Shown piece by piece: positions 18,175-25,619 of a stretch of DNA of 32,000 nt (position 1 is the first letter of the stretch; every line of letters starts with the position of its first letter). The stretch lies in the NCBI GenBank assembly GCA_965250005.1, contig OZ252279.1:1320001-1352000 (forward strand), in the 5' to 3' direction. This stretch comes from Demequinaceae bacterium. GTDB taxonomy: Bacteria; Actinomycetota; Actinomycetes; Actinomycetales; Demequinaceae. Both the position numbers and the translations under genes were made by a program. The notes beneath the pieces are model-generated. The model was not told the DNA's origin, did not search any database, and worked only from the letters and a program-made list of their open reading frames with translations.

Positions 18175-18771
18175 CTACTCACCCGCACGTTCAAGCACTC
18201 CGTTGTTCTCTCTGTAGGTAGCTCCCGTGGCGGGGCAGCGCCACCGGTCGCCACCGAAATCCTCGAGAGGCACTCCAGCCTCGCCTACCCAGCGGATGCG
18301 CCGTGCGGGGACTCCCGCAACAAGTGCAAAATCTTGCACGTCTTTGGTGACCACGGCTCCCGCCGCAACCGTCGCCCACCTGCCAATAGTTACCGGTGCC
18401 ACGCACACTGCGCGCGCGCCGATGGACGCACCTTCGAGGATAGTTACGCCCACAGGCTGCCAATCGTGGGAGGTCTTGCTGCTGCCATCGGGATTGATTG
18501 CGCGCGGGTACTGGTCGTTGGTGAGAACGGCTGCCGGGCCAATGAACACTCCGTTGCCGAGCGACGCGGGCTCGTAGACGAGCGCATAGTTTTGCACCTT
18601 GCACCCGTCTCCCATGCTTACTCCGGTGCCGATGTAGGCACCGCGGCCCACAACACAGTTCTCGCCCAATACGGCGCCTTCGCGAACCTGCGCGAGGTGC
18701 CAGATGGCAGACCCTTCGCCAATTTGGGCATCGGACGCGACATCGGCTGAATCTGCAATATTGGTGGCCAC
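18175..18771 (-). CDS. Left-handed beta-helix (hexapeptide) acetyltransferase, WbpD/WlbB-like
   Basis: Hexapeptide repeats, IWHLAQVREGAVLGENCVVGRGAYIG, FIGPAAVLTNDQYPRA, ASIGARAVCVAPVTIG, AGVPARRI. Confidence 0.92.
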   Translation of the reverse strand: MATNIADSADVASDAQIGEGSAIWHLAQVREGAVLGENCVVGRGAYIGTGVSMGDGCKVQNYALVYEPASLGNGVFIGPAAVLTNDQYPRAINPDGSSKTSHDWQPVGVTILEGASIGARAVCVAPVTIGRWATVAAGAVVTKDVQDFALVAGVPARRIRWVGEAGVPLEDFGGDRWRCPATGATYRENNGVLERAGE

Positions 18772-18958
18772 CGGGATACCTCCGACATATGGGCGTTGCG
18801 GTCACCGCAAGTCTAGCGGCGCCGCTAAGGGCGGCCGCTGCCCCCGTCCACGGGCAGCCGCAAGCCAAACGATACGCCCGTTGCTCGCGGATAGGATGGG
18901 CGAACAACCGCCCCGCATGGTGGCGAGAATCGGGGCAACGGTGGGGAAGAAGAAGGGC

Positions 18959-20380
18959 ATGCAGGCCTCACTCGACGGCGAGCGCATCGTCATGCTCGTA
19001 TTGTCGAACTTGCCCATGGACGCCCGGGTGCTCAAGTCCGCGCGCGCGGTAGCCGCGGCTGGCGGTGACCTGACTGTGATCTGGTCGGCCGTGACCGTCA
19101 CCGAGCGCACGGACGAGCAAATGGGCAACTTCCGAGCCATCGGGCTCCCGCTGGGGCACCACCACCACTTCCGGCGTGGGGCTCGGCGCAGCTGGTTACC
19201 GCGGTTCCCGGGCTACCGGGACGATGATGTTGCCGCCACCGCACACGCCCGACTCCACTCCGAGCGAACTCCCGCGCGAGCCCGCCTCGCGATTCATGAC
19301 GCGCGCGTGAGCGTAGGCCGGTTCCAGCGGCGTGTAGTTAAAGCCATCAGGTGGCGCTGGGACAAGTACCGGGCGCCACTCGGTCTGGTGCGCTGGACCA
19401 CAGAGTTGCCCGAACTCCACGAGTTTTCCGACGCCGTCAGCAGTGAGATCGTAGAACTTCGCCCAACGATCCTCCACGCGCACGATGTGCACGCGATCCA
19501 CGTCGCCAACCACGTGAAGGGCATGCTTCGGGGCGAGGGCGTAGACACGGTCGTCGTCTACGACGCGCACGAGTACGTCCGCGGAGCCGGCGGTCACAAA
19601 CCTGCAGTCCGTGCAGCGTGGCGACAAGTGGAGAAGCGCTCCATCGGCAGCGCCGATGCTGTCATCACCGTGAGCGAGCCCATTGCCGAGGCGCTCCGCC
19701 ACTACTTCAACCTTCGCGTGCTTCCCGAGGTGGTGCTCAACACTCCGTGGCGAACGGAGCAGGCGTCGTCCAAGCGCGATTTGCGACGCGATTGCGGGCT
19801 CGCGCTCGACGTCCCGCTCGCTGTCTACTCCGGCGTGCTCCGTCTGCCGCGCGGGGTCGACGATGTGGTGCGCGCACTCCCCGGCGTCCCCAGCGTTCAC
19901 CTCGCCGTCGTCTGCGTGCCTGGCATCAATGCGCCCACGGTGACCCACCTCCGGACGGTGATCGACGAGGCCGGCGTGTCCGATCGCGTGCACCTGCTCG
20001 ACCCTGTTCCGAGCGACTCCATCGTCAGCTTCATTGCGAGCGCAGACCTGGGCATCCATCCTTTGCGCCGCGGCGCCGACAATCACGACATGGCGCTGCC
20101 GAACAAGCTCTTCGACTACATCCACGCGGGCCTGCCGCTGGTGGTGAGCAGTGCGCTCAGCATGGCGGAGTTCGTCACTACGAACGCTCTGGGTGAGGTG
20201 TTCAAATCGGGCGATCCTGCGGACTGCGCTCGGGCGCTAGCCCGTGCTGTCGACGGCGATGCTGACGCGTCCTTCAAGGCCAAGTCTGTCGCACTCCGCA
20301 ACGAATTCAGCTGGGAGACGCAGTCGGCAGGCATTCTGCGTGCTTACCGAACAGCGCAAGCGACCCGGACGAGCGCGTGA
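18959..20380 (+). CDS. Glycosyltransferase family 4-like protein
   Basis: MLVLSNLPMDARVLKSARAVAAAGGDLTVIW, LHAHDVHAI, VYDAHEYVRGAG, VSEPIAEAL, LPNKLFDYIHAGLPLVVS. An alternative ATG lies at 18896. Confidence 0.9.
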   Translation: MQASLDGERIVMLVLSNLPMDARVLKSARAVAAAGGDLTVIWSAVTVTERTDEQMGNFRAIGLPLGHHHHFRRGARRSWLPRFPGYRDDDVAATAHARLHSERTPARARLAIHDARVSVGRFQRRVVKAIRWRWDKYRAPLGLVRWTTELPELHEFSDAVSSEIVELRPTILHAHDVHAIHVANHVKGMLRGEGVDTVVVYDAHEYVRGAGGHKPAVRAAWRQVEKRSIGSADAVITVSEPIAEALRHYFNLRVLPEVVLNTPWRTEQASSKRDLRRDCGLALDVPLAVYSGVLRLPRGVDDVVRALPGVPSVHLAVVCVPGINAPTVTHLRTVIDEAGVSDRVHLLDPVPSDSIVSFIASADLGIHPLRRGADNHDMALPNKLFDYIHAGLPLVVSSALSMAEFVTTNALGEVFKSGDPADCARALARAVDGDADASFKAKSVALRNEFSWETQSAGILRAYRTAQATRTSA

Positions 20381-20473
20381 GACTTGCGGGGTCACGTGCC
20401 GAGTCGCTTTGACCACGTCCGATAATAGGCCACAATTGACGTCCGCTTCCGGAACGGGCGTCCACCTGCGCGT

Positions 20474-20730
20474 AGGTCATCATCCACTCGGACACGCCCT
20501 GCTCGTGGTCAGACTGCTTCAACACGCCCCTTCCTTCCGACGCGTCGGGCTGCACCCACCGGCTCTACGCGATCGGCGTGGCGTCAGGTCCCACCCACGG
20601 CAACATCAGCATCGTGCTCGCGGCGACCGGCGTTGACGTCATTTTGACCGCGAAGCTCGCGGCGCTGCTCCTCGCGTTCGGCGCAGCAACCCTTGTGCTG
20701 AGCCGCCAAGTCCTTGCCCACGACTGGTAG
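20474..20730 (+). pseudogene. Orphan C-terminal fragment ending in a possible LAxTG-type cell-wall sorting signal, without ATG/GTG start at its 5' end
   Basis: Open frame after TAG at 20473: ...HRLYAIGVASGPTHGNISIVLAATGVDVILTAKLAALLLAFGAATLVLSRQVLAHDW*. LAATG is followed by a hydrophobic segment and SRQ. Confidence 0.35.
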
Positions 20731-20781
20731 GCGGGCCTCTCTCCCCTGGGCTCGGGCTCGCACGGCGAAAGACCCCATGCT

Positions 20782-21690
20782 GTGCCACTATGGGCGCATG
20801 AAGAAACGCTCCGTCTAGTCGTGACCGCTGCCGTCCTCACCGTCGCACTTTCAGGCTGCGTCCGTATGTCCACGGATGTTGAGGTGTACTCCGACAACAC
20901 CATCTCTGAGACAATGGAGACGGCCTTCGACCGCGAACTGATGGGGATCGCAGAGGGAGACAACAGCTTCTTCGACAGCCCCGAGTTCTCGGAGATTGAC
21001 TCAGTGATCGACGATCTCGCCGCGATTGGCGTCCACGATGTGTTGGTGGAGCAGATCAGCACGCCAAGCGAATTTGGTCTTCGGGTAACCACAGAACATG
21101 TCCCGCTCGAGATCATGGAAAGTGACGAGTACCGTGCGCTGATGGAGGCAAATGGAACCGCCCCGGCCACGCTTGAGCGCGACGGCGACGTCTTCCGCCT
21201 GAAGATCTCCGGCGCGGACTTGTCTAAGGAACCCGGGTTCGAAGACATCGCCCCGAGGCAACTCGAACTCTTATTCGACGTCAACGTCACCTGGACATTC
21301 CCGGGGCCTGTGATCGAGACCAGTGCGGGCACGGTCGACGGTAATTCAGTCACCTTCACCGCAAAGGACGTCTTCGCTGGCAAAGACATCATCGTCGTCG
21401 CAAGCGCCGCTCCAAAGGCTTCAATTCCGACGTGGATTTGGGCCGTACTTGGATTGCTCGTTCTTGCCGTCGGAGCGGCGCTACTCGTGCTGTTGGATCA
21501 GCGAGGCAAGGCGCGCGCAGTCGCGGATGCGCCCGCCCCAACGGCCAACGCCGCCGTTGCCTCAGCGCCGGAATCGGGGCTAGAGGAATCTAACCCTTTC
21601 CTGAGGGCCGTCCCCATCGCGACAACTGCCCCAAAGCCGAAAGCCGCTAAGAAGCCAGCCACCACCAAGAACGCGCCGCCAAAGAAATAG
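20782..21690 (+). CDS. LppM-like lipoprotein (DUF3153-like), C-terminal TM
   Basis: Lipobox VALSGC with LVVTAAVLT hydrophobic region, conserved-looking secreted domain, TM IWAVLGLLVLAVGAALLVLL. The start is uncertain (GTG 20782 or GTG 20821). Confidence 0.72.
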   Translation: MPLWAHEETLRLVVTAAVLTVALSGCVRMSTDVEVYSDNTISETMETAFDRELMGIAEGDNSFFDSPEFSEIDSVIDDLAAIGVHDVLVEQISTPSEFGLRVTTEHVPLEIMESDEYRALMEANGTAPATLERDGDVFRLKISGADLSKEPGFEDIAPRQLELLFDVNVTWTFPGPVIETSAGTVDGNSVTFTAKDVFAGKDIIVVASAAPKASIPTWIWAVLGLLVLAVGAALLVLLDQRGKARAVADAPAPTANAAVASAPESGLEESNPFLRAVPIATTAPKPKAAKKPATTKNAPPKK

Positions 21691-21695
21691 CGTTT

Positions 21696-21713
21696 ACGCG
21701 CGCCGACGCGCGT
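21696..21713. terminator. Candidate GC-rich hairpin without U-tract downstream of the lipoprotein gene
   Basis: ACGCGCG-CCGA-CGCGCGT, perfect 7-bp stem, 6 nt after the stop at 21690. Confidence 0.35.
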
Positions 21714-21943
21714 CCCAAGCCAGAACGACGCGGCCACCCTTCCTGTCGTCAACTCCGCAGTTCTAATCCAAGCGACCGCTGAGGATTGCGAGGGCCACAG
21801 GAAACTTGAAGGACTTCCGTGACAAGCGTTAGTTCCTGAGTCACTGTGAGGCCTATTAGCTGGAGCTGACATTGGTCAACAACGTTCGGAGCTCCACGTG
21901 CCGTGTGAGCAAACTTGAATCCCGACGATGCCACGTACTCAGC

Positions 21944-22558
21944 CTAGGCAGGCGCCGGTGGCGGTTCGCTGGTTCCGCCCAGAAGCCATCCGATCACCGC
22001 GCCGACGTCATGCTCCCATGGCATCTCACTGTGGAGTTCAGGCGGCCACAGGTTGCCCAAAATGGCGTGGCCGTGCATCGTCGCCCATAGGCTGCCCGCG
22101 AGAAGCGCAGCCCCTACGCCACGACGGTCAATGTCGCCTGCGTCGATCGCAGCGGCAACGGCGTCCCGGAACAAGACGAACGACGCGGCGGCGCAGCTAC
22201 TCACGTGCGCGGATCTCTCGAAGTCGGGGACTGGAGCCGCGAACATCAGCTCGTACTGGACCGGTCGCGACACGGCGAACTGGGTGTAGGCGGCGCACCG
22301 CACAGCGATCGCGGCCGCGCTGGGCGGCATCCCCTCGGACGCGGCAACAACCGCGGCATCGAGCCGATCGAATCCATCGACCAGTATCGCGTCAAGCAAT
22401 CCGGGCCTACCGTTGAAGTACGTGTAAAGGCCCGTGGTGGAGCAGCCAGACGCGGCGGCAACGGTCCTCACCGTCAGCCCGCGCTCGCCGTCCCGCGCGA
22501 GTATCACAAGCGCTTCGCGCAGGATTCTGTCGCGTTGGGCAGGATTCGATACGGGCAT
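21944..22558 (-). CDS. TetR-family regulator
   Basis: RDRILREALVILARDGERGLTVRTVAAASGCSTTGLYTYFNGRPGLLDAI. Confidence 0.9.
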   Translation of the reverse strand: MPVSNPAQRDRILREALVILARDGERGLTVRTVAAASGCSTTGLYTYFNGRPGLLDAILVDGFDRLDAAVVAASEGMPPSAAAIAVRCAAYTQFAVSRPVQYELMFAAPVPDFERSAHVSSCAAASFVLFRDAVAAAIDAGDIDRRGVGAALLAGSLWATMHGHAILGNLWPPELHSEMPWEHDVGAVIGWLLGGTSEPPPAPA

Positions 22559-22600
22559 GACCTACGTTATCGCGGCAGGACTGTGGAGCGGCGCGGCGCG

Positions 22601-23329
22601 CTAGTGGGATGCCTCCCAGTCCTCAATTGCGGCGGCGAGCAGCGCGGCGAGTTCGTCGTACCCTTCGCCTGCCGCGCGCGAGCTCGCGTAGTGAGTTGAA
22701 CCATCGACGATGGTGGGGTCGGAGCCTTGCTCGACAAGGTACAGCGCGGTTTCGGTCTGGCCGCGGAACGCTGCCCACAGCAGCGCGTGACCGCCCGCAC
22801 CGTCCTTGATATCGATCTCCACACCAGCCGCGAGTAGCGAGGCCATGACCTCGGTCGCGCCGAAACTCGCCGCGACATGGATCGGTGCGCGCGACGGAAA
22901 CGCGTTGTCTCGCAGGAGCGGATTGGCGCCTGCGGCGAGAAGAGTGTCGACGCACGCGGCACAGTCCGCCTTTGCGGCCAAATGGAGTGGGGTCCAGCCG
23001 TCGTCATCGGCAGCGTCGAGCTGGGCGCCCGCCTCCACGAGCGCCGTCACGGCGCCAGGGCTCGCCGCTTCCGAGGCGATCTGTAGTGCGGTGCGTCCGT
23101 CGATCACGGCCTGCGGGCCGGAGTCGGCGATGAGAGTCGCGAGCGCGTCGTCGTCGCCGGCTTCTATTGCGGCAGTCCACTCGGCCCCGTTGGGCGCGGC
23201 GACTAGAGGTCGAACAGCTCCTCGAGGACACGCGCCACTCCGTCGTCCTCGGAGCGCTCGGCGACGTGGTTGGCTGCGGCTTTCGCGTCCGGGTGCCCGT
23301 TGCCAACGGCGTACGACGTGCCCGCCCAT
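22601..23329 (-). CDS. Ankyrin-repeat protein (5' end uncertain)
   Basis: Repeats DDDGWTPLHLAAKADCAACVDTLLAAGANP, RAPIHVAASFGATEVMASLLAAGVEI, GHALLWAAFRGQTETALYLVEQGSDP. Protein-like sequence begins near 23199, but the only ATG shown is at 23329, inside the HAD gene. Confidence 0.8.
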   Translation of the reverse strand: MGGHVVRRWQRAPGRESRSQPRRRALRGRRSGACPRGAVRPLVAAPNGAEWTAAIEAGDDDALATLIADSGPQAVIDGRTALQIASEAASPGAVTALVEAGAQLDAADDDGWTPLHLAAKADCAACVDTLLAAGANPLLRDNAFPSRAPIHVAASFGATEVMASLLAAGVEIDIKDGAGGHALLWAAFRGQTETALYLVEQGSDPTIVDGSTHYASSRAAGEGYDELAALLAAAIEDWEASH

Positions 23330-24003
23330 GAAAGCATCGGGATATCATTCGGGGCGTCCCCGAACGCGAGGACGTCCATCGCCGCGAAGCCCAGCGCGCC
23401 CGCATAACGCTCGAGAGCCGACGCCTTGGTCACGCCGTGCGGAGATAGCTCGAGCAGTGAGTCGTCTACTCCGCTGTGCGATGTGTCCGCTATGCCGTTG
23501 AGGAGGGGAGCGATGCGGGCGATCATCGCATCCGCGCCGCCGTTACCCTTGGCGTGCGCCAACACCTTGAATACGGCGCCGGCCTGCACGGCGGCAAGGT
23601 CCTCGAAGAGCCCAACCTCGTGGGGCGGAAAGTCCATCGAATGCGGAGTGCCTTCGCGCTCAATAGACATGCCCTCGGCCGATTCGACGGCGAGCTTTAC
23701 GCCCGGGAGTTCGCTGCGCAGCACTGCCGCGACCTCGAGCATGTGCTCGGCGGTGATCGTGGTCTGATTCTCAATCGCGGACGTTGACAGGTCCATGACT
23801 GCCGCCCCGTTCGCGATGATGGCTCTCCCGCCGGTGCCCATCGCATCGGCCACGCGCCGCATCCATCGGGGCGGCCGGGCAGTGACGAGGACGAAGGGAA
23901 CACCCGCGTCACCTAGTGCGCTGAAGGTGCGGACCGTGCGTTTCGAGATCTCGCCGCCATGGGGAAGGATCGTGCCGTCGATGTCTGTCGCCACGAACTT
24001 CAC
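23203..24003 (-). CDS. HAD-superfamily hydrolase, Cof/IIB type
   Basis: FVATDIDGTILPHGGEISKRT, VLVTARPP, GVTKASALERYA, DVLAFGDAPNDIPMLSWAGTSYAVGNGHPDAK. Confidence 0.93.
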   Translation of the reverse strand: MKFVATDIDGTILPHGGEISKRTVRTFSALGDAGVPFVLVTARPPRWMRRVADAMGTGGRAIIANGAAVMDLSTSAIENQTTITAEHMLEVAAVLRSELPGVKLAVESAEGMSIEREGTPHSMDFPPHEVGLFEDLAAVQAGAVFKVLAHAKGNGGADAMIARIAPLLNGIADTSHSGVDDSLLELSPHGVTKASALERYAGALGFAAMDVLAFGDAPNDIPMLSWAGTSYAVGNGHPDAKAAANHVAERSEDDGVARVLEELFDL

Positions 24004-24007
24004 ATGA

Positions 24008-24427
24008 TCAGGCTAACCCTGCGGAGCACAGCCTACTTGCGCCTCGCGGCAGGCCTCTAGACCGACGGCTCCCGGAGCCTCGCCCCGATCCGATCCGATC
24101 CGATCCGATCCGAACGTACCGCGTCAGGAACGCGCGCTCATCCAAGCGCTTGCGGCGCATCCAGCTGGTGACCTCGTCGTTGGACTTGGACGCGTTGCAC
24201 GAGCGGCACGCGGGAACGACGTTCTCGAGCGTGTAGCGGCCGCCGCGTGAAATGGGGAGGACAGTGTCCTTCTGAAGCGCGACGCCAGTGGCGCCACAGT
24301 ACGCGCACCCTCCCCAGGCGTCCTGAATGGCAGCCCACTGCTCTGCCGTGAGGTTGTTGTCCGCTGCGGCAACGCGCTTGGAGCGCCTGCGCGCCGCGCG
24401 CGCCCTGCGGCTCTGATTGACGGCCAT
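24008..24427 (-). CDS. HNH endonuclease
   Basis: CAYCG...VLPISRGGRYTLENVVPACRSCNASKSN. Confidence 0.92.
   Translation of the reverse strand: MAVNQSRRARAARRRSKRVAAADNNLTAEQWAAIQDAWGGCAYCGATGVALQKDTVLPISRGGRYTLENVVPACRSCNASKSNDEVTSWMRRKRLDERAFLTRYVRIGSDRIGSGRGSGSRRSRGLPRGASRLCSAGLA
24088..24112. repeat. Pentanucleotide tandem repeat GATCC x5
   Basis: Direct read: gatccgatccgatccgatccgatcc within the 3' end of the HNH gene. Confidence 0.97.
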
Positions 24428-24450
24428 GCCGCCAGATTAGGTCGTCGTGC

Positions 24451-24615
24451 TCACGCCACGCCAGCGGCTCGCAGGGTGATCAGCCGCTCCTTGACAAACG
24501 GCGGCGTCATTGCGCGCGGCAGCCCCGAGTAGTTCGGGCCGAAACGCATCTCGGTGCCCCAGGGCAACGAGCGTCCGAATGGAGGTGCCGCGCCCTCACG
24601 CTCGTGGCCGCACAT
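24451..24615 (-). CDS. Possible small protein (54 aa), absent from the ORF track
   Basis: MCGHEREGAAPPFGRSLPWGTEMRFGPNYSGLPRAMTPPFVKERLITLRAAGVA*, immediately upstream of the HNH gene on the same strand. No clear Shine-Dalgarno. Confidence 0.35.
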   Translation of the reverse strand: MCGHEREGAAPPFGRSLPWGTEMRFGPNYSGLPRAMTPPFVKERLITLRAAGVA

Positions 24616-24629
24616 CGTAGTCTCGAGAC

Positions 24630-25235
24630 ATGGGAATCACAGACGCCCTGTCCTACTCCCTGGGACGCCGCGACCAAGAAGCGAATATCCGCGTGGGCGA
24701 GCGCCTTGCCGCCGAGCCCGATCCGAGCGCCGTCGCGGAACTCGTGGCAACGCTAGACGCGGAGGAGGGGACGCTCGCAGGCGACGCTTCCAAAGCGCTG
24801 GAGGAGCTCGCCCTGCGCGACTCTGCGCAGGTGGCGCCGCACGCCGCAGCGATCGCTCGGCACCTCGCCAGCAGCGACAACCGCATGGTGTGGGGTGTCA
24901 CTACGGTCATGCGCGCAGTGGCGCTCAAATACCCAGACGCCGTCGCACCGCATGTCGGTGCACTCATCGCCGCAGTCAACACAGGATCAGTCATTACGCA
25001 AGATCACGGCATCGGGGCGCTCGCGGCCACCGGCGATCCGGCGGCACTCGACTATGCAATCAAGCACGTGCGCGACTGCGGACCAACGCACGTGGCACTG
25101 CGAGGCGAGCGCATCGCCCCGTACGTCGGCGACCGTATGCCCGAGTTTCGCGATGTGCTCGAGTCCCGCCTGCCCGAGGTGACGGACAGTGCCGCACGCC
25201 GCATCCGCACCTTGCTTGCCCCGACCAGCGGCTAG
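24630..25235 (+). CDS. HEAT-like repeat protein
   Basis: Alpha-helical repeat pattern (AVAELVATLDAEEGTLAGDASKALEELA, VAPHAAAIARHLASSDNRMVWGVTTVMRAVA). Confidence 0.65.
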   Translation: MGITDALSYSLGRRDQEANIRVGERLAAEPDPSAVAELVATLDAEEGTLAGDASKALEELALRDSAQVAPHAAAIARHLASSDNRMVWGVTTVMRAVALKYPDAVAPHVGALIAAVNTGSVITQDHGIGALAATGDPAALDYAIKHVRDCGPTHVALRGERIAPYVGDRMPEFRDVLESRLPEVTDSAARRIRTLLAPTSG

Positions 25236-25281
25236 CCGCGAGGCGCCGTCGAGTGTCAGACGACGCGCGTAACCTGGCGTC

Positions 25282-25596
25282 ATGACCACATCCAAGGATT
25301 TCGTCGCCTATATCCTCGAGCAACTGGAACCACTTCCCGTTCGCGCCCGCGCTATGTTCGGCGAGTACGGACTGTATTGCGACGAGAAAATCGTCGCCCT
25401 CATCTGCAACGACACCGTCTTCCTGAAGCCGACGCCCGCCTCCCAAGCCTTGCCCGACGGGCCGCCGTACGAGGGCGCGAAGGACTACAAGGTTGTGGCC
25501 GCGGACACCCTCGAAGACTCGGCAGCGCTACGTGCTCTGGTTCAGGCGACCGCCGAAGCCCTCCCCGCGCCCAAACCGAAAAAGCCCAAGCACTAG
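25282..25596 (+). CDS. TfoX N-terminal domain family protein
   Basis: DFVAYILEQLEPLPVRARAMFGEYGLYCDEKIVALICNDTVFLKPT. Confidence 0.9.
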   Translation: MTTSKDFVAYILEQLEPLPVRARAMFGEYGLYCDEKIVALICNDTVFLKPTPASQALPDGPPYEGAKDYKVVAADTLEDSAALRALVQATAEALPAPKPKKPKH

Positions 25597-25619
25597 GCGC
25601 ACAAGCGCGTGCGTAGGAT

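Noticed and set aside
19196-20125. 309-aa minus-strand ORF opposite the second glycosyltransferase
   Set aside because: No family motifs. The plus-strand GT4 motifs are clear.
21691-21943. About 250-bp noncoding gap considered as a tRNA, ncRNA or att site
   Set aside because: No cloverleaf, CCA end or T-loop consensus seen by eye, and no repeat pair suggesting integration. Only a GC hairpin at 21696-21713 stands out.
25228-25239. 12-bp perfect palindrome GCGGCTAGCCGC spanning the stop of the HEAT-like gene
   Set aside because: With no spacer it forms only a short stem and has no U-tract. Easily expected by chance in GC-rich DNA.
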